From: an uncultured Candidatus Saccharibacteria bacterium
GTDB lineage: Bacteria; Patescibacteriota; Dojkabacteria; SC72; JAFGCJ01
Assembly: GCA_964481345.1 (NCBI GenBank)
Contig: CAYZTC010000004.1
Span: 5,731-69,730 of the forward strand
Direction of reading: 5' to 3'
Length of the DNA: 64,000 nucleotides
Position 1 is the stretch's first letter. The number at the start of each line of letters is the position of its first letter. The notes beneath the pieces are model-generated. The model was not told where the DNA came from and ran no database searches. It worked only from the letters and a program-made list of their open reading frames with translations. The position numbers and the translations under genes are program-made. Shown in pieces: positions 61,601 to 64,000 of the stretch.

Positions 61601-62848
61601 CCTCCTGGTTACCTGTTTCTGAATATGGATGTTCAGGATGAAAATCAAGACAAAGATGGTATTCAGGTGGTTTTAACTTCAGGAGAAAACATCATAGTCA
61701 ATATTTTTAATAAACAGAAGAAATCAAAAATATCTATAAGAAAAATGGTTGATCAAGATGGAATCTTGTGTAGTAGTGACGACAGAAATCCATATACTAC
61801 CGGATGGGATGTAAGACTTATAACCGATGATGTGCCAGGTGATTGGGTACAGACAAACAGTGAGGGAAGGTATACTTGGGAAGAATTGCCATCAACCCAT
61901 ACATATGGTGTAGAAGAGTTCATACTTGATGGTTGGGTAGCTCTAAATCCTCAGTTACATAATTTTGGAAATCTTACTCCAGGCACAAACAACACCTACG
62001 ATTTTGTAAACTTTAAGCCTGGTAAAGTCTCTGGTTACAAGTTTGATGATATCAATGGGGATGGCAAAAAGGATCCAGATGAGTTGGTCTTGCAGGGTTG
62101 GGAGATATGTTTAGAAGATCTTAGATCGGGTAAGTCTGATTGTAAAATTACTGATATTTTTGGATACTACGAGTTTACCGGTCTTCCAGTTGGTAACTAC
62201 ATGCTGTATGAGACTTTGCAGGGCGGTTGGGATCAGACAGTTGCTCCAGCCATTTTTGAAATTACTGAATCTGGTCAAGTTTTGGAAAATCAGAACTTCG
62301 GTAATAGATTCATTATTTCAGACCTTCAAATCGAAAAGGTAGATGATGAGGTAGAGCCGTTTAATCCTGGTGATAGAGTAACTTATACACTTACAGTAAC
62401 AAACAATGGTCCGTATCCAGCTGATAATGTTGTTGTAACAGATACCCTGCCGGATGACGTGACATTTGCATATACCTCTGCAACTCATGGTGCATGTGAT
62501 GAAGTTGATGGAGTTGTAACCTGTAACTTGGGTACTCTTGATGTAGATGAAGAGGCTACAATCATCATTGGAGCAGACATTAGCTTGCTATTTACTGGAG
62601 AGTTAGAGAATCTCAGTGTAGTTGCGAGCGATACCCCAGATGATGATGACTCGAATAATGATGATGATGAGTTTACTCAGGTGGAAGAGGAGGGAGAAAT
62701 ATTAGGTGTAAGTATAGAGGCTGTAAAACCAGAACCAGAGGTACTGGGAGCTACAGGTTCAAGCATCAAGACCATCATGACAATAGCTTTAGTGACTCTT
62801 ATGTTATCTATTGCAGTCTATCTGAACACTCAGAGAAACAAGAAGTAA
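58622..62848 (+). CDS. Large adhesin: vWA (MIDAS) + repeated SdrD-B/CnaB-like domains + DUF11 + LGATG-TM-basic tail
   Basis: LVIDNSTS..TNWEDGL..SDGNPN; repeated K(W/F/Y)xDxxGxG..GWxI..NFGN; DLQIEK..PGDRVTYTLTVTNNGP..VVVTDTLP. Confidence 0.85.
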   Translation: MTPRRSSFSYRFFSVFTGLMLLFQYFFPIVGLAGIDEVNAAASINTDKSEYSRGDQVSVTTGGLSGNKYYKIRIKNANNSTTDITSCIRGNKTVAGKYNISDSDPLGSWSAELRQCGFFGDSTVATAPFTVSETTVPPVPNPTLPNSCGVDMALVIDNSTSISSSELAQMKTAMIAFVNAFAGTPTQFSVTSFATTATIRQGFTGNTAAVISAINSIPVGGGYTNWEDGLIKAQSTYDPRVNPNLMVFSSDGNPNRVDDGTSATEAQAVAEAVLVANAIKTGGTRILALGIGDNLKVANLQAISGPNVNTGITSDVITSNFSQLADDLAYLASLLCGGTITVSKFINDLNTPAGTGWNFDVAGQAVSTDSYGQTPAVDVDPGTYNVIEPSVNPGHIFGSAGCKYQDGSQAGTPSTTFDGVENIDVDHTDIVSCSFINIEKGEILGVKWNDLDGDGVKDGGEPTLSGWDINILDATGAPYDSIITDSDGEYSFTGLDPSDYTVCEVMKDGWERTYPAGSNCQNVSVGAGQVVPGVNFGNRGALSISGTKYEYMVGPLNGWEINLTGTTDYGRSVDMTMDTAGSGEYLFDHLEPGNYVVSEEDRAGWVHLDGDSVPVNLVNVDEYVDFTNFECATLSGFKWEDMNGDGLPNGEPALQGVQIEINGPESSNDSDNTDENGYYEFEVCIPGTYVVTEVLDPGWYNVYPVNHQHSRDVVSGSNYPELNFGNARYGMIFGMKFGDLNGNGIQDGVETGLGGWDIELQDEFGNVLATTTTAGDGSYSFEYNSVNPVNLLAGELYFLREKIEDQPGWIQTYGPSSPFSMESGDVYGDDIEEVSDFGNFENVDVTVCKYEDMNGDGVIDGDGLLMDPWGISLNGSDYVYTSDGCVTFSDIGPGSYVLSEESKSGWVQTYPGSGIHEFDTISGNNPTFDFGNYQHASITVNKNVFASDMEDISDNSLFEVTVSDLGSLPLAENNSAVYSDIAPGEYTISETSIPPGYLFLNMDVQDENQDKDGIQVVLTSGENIIVNIFNKQKKSKISIRKMVDQDGILCSSDDRNPYTTGWDVRLITDDVPGDWVQTNSEGRYTWEELPSTHTYGVEEFILDGWVALNPQLHNFGNLTPGTNNTYDFVNFKPGKVSGYKFDDINGDGKKDPDELVLQGWEICLEDLRSGKSDCKITDIFGYYEFTGLPVGNYMLYETLQGGWDQTVAPAIFEITESGQVLENQNFGNRFIISDLQIEKVDDEVEPFNPGDRVTYTLTVTNNGPYPADNVVVTDTLPDDVTFAYTSATHGACDEVDGVVTCNLGTLDVDEEATIIIGADISLLFTGELENLSVVASDTPDDDDSNNDDDEFTQVEEEGEILGVSIEAVKPEPEVLGATGSSIKTIMTIALVTLMLSIAVYLNTQRNKK

Positions 62849-62868
62849 AATAGTGTATAATCGCAAAC

Positions 62869-62912
62869 GAGAGCTCTCTGATTTGGCCTAGCCAACGGAG
62901 GGCTTTCTTGTT
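62869..62912 (+). terminator. Hairpin after the adhesin gene (terminator-like; also copy 1 of a 29-bp repeat)
   Basis: GAGAGCTCTCTG-AT-TTGGC CTA GCCAA-CGGAGGGCTTTC pairs fully on the + strand when G.U is allowed; followed by TTGTT. Confidence 0.55.
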
Positions 62913-62925
62913 GTATAATCATGCT

Positions 62926-63057
62926 ATGTATAAAGTTATTACTTTTTGTCCTCCAGATCAAACAGGTAAGCTTATCGATGCAATGTCTAAAGCTGGTGCT
63001 GGTGACGTTGGAAATTATTCTCACTGCGCATATATTACAAAAGGTGAAGGGAATTAG
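62926..63057 (+). pseudogene. Truncated YqfO/Nif3 PII-like domain gene
   Basis: Manual translation MYKVITFCPPDQTGKLIDAMSKAGAGDVGNYSHCAYITKGEGN*, with the AGAG.IGNY..C signature; stops after 43 codons. Confidence 0.75.
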
Positions 63058-63083
63058 GTATTCAGAGATATTACTCAATACTT

Positions 63084-63560
63084 CTAATCATTTTCTGTCA
63101 TTTGTTGAATATCAATAAGGTCAGTATCCCTACTAAGTATTTTCTTGTACCTAATCAATTCATTTTTATCTTCAACAGGTAATTTTATACCATCAATTTT
63201 CATTAGTTTTGTTTTACTGAAATCGTAGTCTCCTCCAATTTTGTTACCGTTCTTATCTATCACATAGCTTTTCTCAAGCTGGCTAATATCAACGATAACC
63301 TTGTCAAATTCTAGTGACATGACGAAAATATCAAATCTTCCGTTTTGTAAATGATGCAGATCTTCGGAAATATTTTCTCTGAATAATTCTCTTACTTTTT
63401 TGATATCTTTTTTTGATACATCAATATCTATATCAAAAAGCTTTCTTTTGGATCCATACGCAATAGCAGCTAATCCACCTGTTATTTGAAAAGGAATGCG
63501 ATTTTCTTTAAGTGTTTTGGTGACCTGTATAAGTATCCTTTTTTGATTTTTAGATAACAT
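63084..63560 (-). CDS. Pol-beta-superfamily nucleotidyltransferase (MazG-related annotation class)
   Basis: ITGGLAAIAYGSKRKLFDIDIDV (GG..DID) and LIRYKKILSRDTDLID; start 63560 preferred. Confidence 0.75.
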   Translation of the reverse strand: MLSKNQKRILIQVTKTLKENRIPFQITGGLAAIAYGSKRKLFDIDIDVSKKDIKKVRELFRENISEDLHHLQNGRFDIFVMSLEFDKVIVDISQLEKSYVIDKNGNKIGGDYDFSKTKLMKIDGIKLPVEDKNELIRYKKILSRDTDLIDIQQMTEND

Positions 63561-63679
63561 ATATAAAGAGTATATCATCAAAGACTATTTTGCAGAGGCT
63601 AGCGGCTGGTTCTATAGATAGTAATTACTACTAATGCTTTATAGGTAACTATTTCGTCTTTATAAAGAGGCTTCCCTTG

Positions 63680-63708
63680 TGGCCTAGCCAACGGAGGGCT
63701 TTCTTGTT
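63680..63708. repeat. Copy 2 of 29-bp direct repeat TGGCCTAGCCAACGGAGGGCTTTCTTGTT (copy 1 at 62884..62912)
   Basis: Exact match read directly from the sequence. Confidence 0.9.
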
Positions 63709-64000
63709 TACCTCTCGAGGCTTCCTAGAAATCTCATCACAGTATCGCAGGTACTGGTAGTGAAGTACTGACAAACTGCTGTTGGTTTTACCCATTTTAA
63801 CTCTGAAACTTCTTTTCCCGACCTTTCTTTATCAGATGTGGGTTTGCAGTGAAAGTACAGTGCTACAATCTTTATTTCTTTATTTGGTGAGTCTGGGATC
63901 AGTCTTGCATGAATAATATCTTTCACATCGATATCAAGATTTGTCTCTTCTTTTACATCTTTTTGGATTTCACTCCTGAAATCTAAAGACTCCATTTTTC
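63708..64000 (-). CDS. NUDIX hydrolase, 5' end outside window
   Basis: Nudix-box half KDVKEETNLDI, then ALYFHC..EVSELKWV. Confidence 0.75.
   Translation of the reverse strand, partial: KMESLDFRSEIQKDVKEETNLDIDVKDIIHARLIPDSPNKEIKIVALYFHCKPTSDKERSGKEVSELKWVKPTAVCQYFTTSTCDTVMRFLGSLER

Noticed and set aside
389-63118. Many short antisense or alternate-frame ORFs (e.g. 389..598, 8710..9180, 51841..52029, 58049..58513, 62921..63118)
   Set aside because: They overlap well-supported genes or remnants and have no motifs, so they are shadow ORFs.
62884-63708. CRISPR array or integron attC array
   Set aside because: Only two copies, 796 bp apart. No cas or intI gene is present, and the RYYYAAC/GTTRRRY ends are not convincingly matched.
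56835-64000. tRNA-anchored integrative island or prophage
   Set aside because: No integrase, no phage genes and no duplicated tRNA 3' end seen in the window.

Overview
AT-rich bacterial chromosome segment in the standard genetic code (RF2 is present and TGA is used as a stop). Gene content and style suggest a Patescibacteria/CPR genome, possibly Dojkabacteria/WWE3-like; this is inference only. Left (1-13 kb): housekeeping and cell-envelope genes yvcK, trxA, an interrupted mutM, hpf, a prfB-ftsE-ftsX-M23 string, gpmI and uppP. Middle (14-44 kb): a ~30 kb surface-glycan locus with a Wbp-type 2,3-diacetamido-uronic-acid pathway, two amidotransferases, five GT4s, one GT2, three GT-C-like membrane proteins, two paralogous Wzx flippases, a methyltransferase+kinase pair and dgkA. 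No Wzy, ligase or initiating transferase is recognisable. Right (44-64 kb): a second M23 protein, a RAYT/Y1 transposase with flanking palindromes, secA, two giant surface proteins, tRNA-Val(CAC), gene remnants and a 29-bp repeated hairpin. The most unusual signal is the FtsEX module: FtsE carries a C-terminal RNA-polymerase alpha-CTD-like helix-hairpin-helix domain, and its partner coiled-coil hydrolase has a circularly permuted M23 domain. Also notable are pervasive leaderless-type promoters, a repaired prfB frameshift site, a split WbdD-like capping pair, and a shared EVL[GA]/LxxTG anchoring motif. All calls come from reading motifs by eye; no searches were run.
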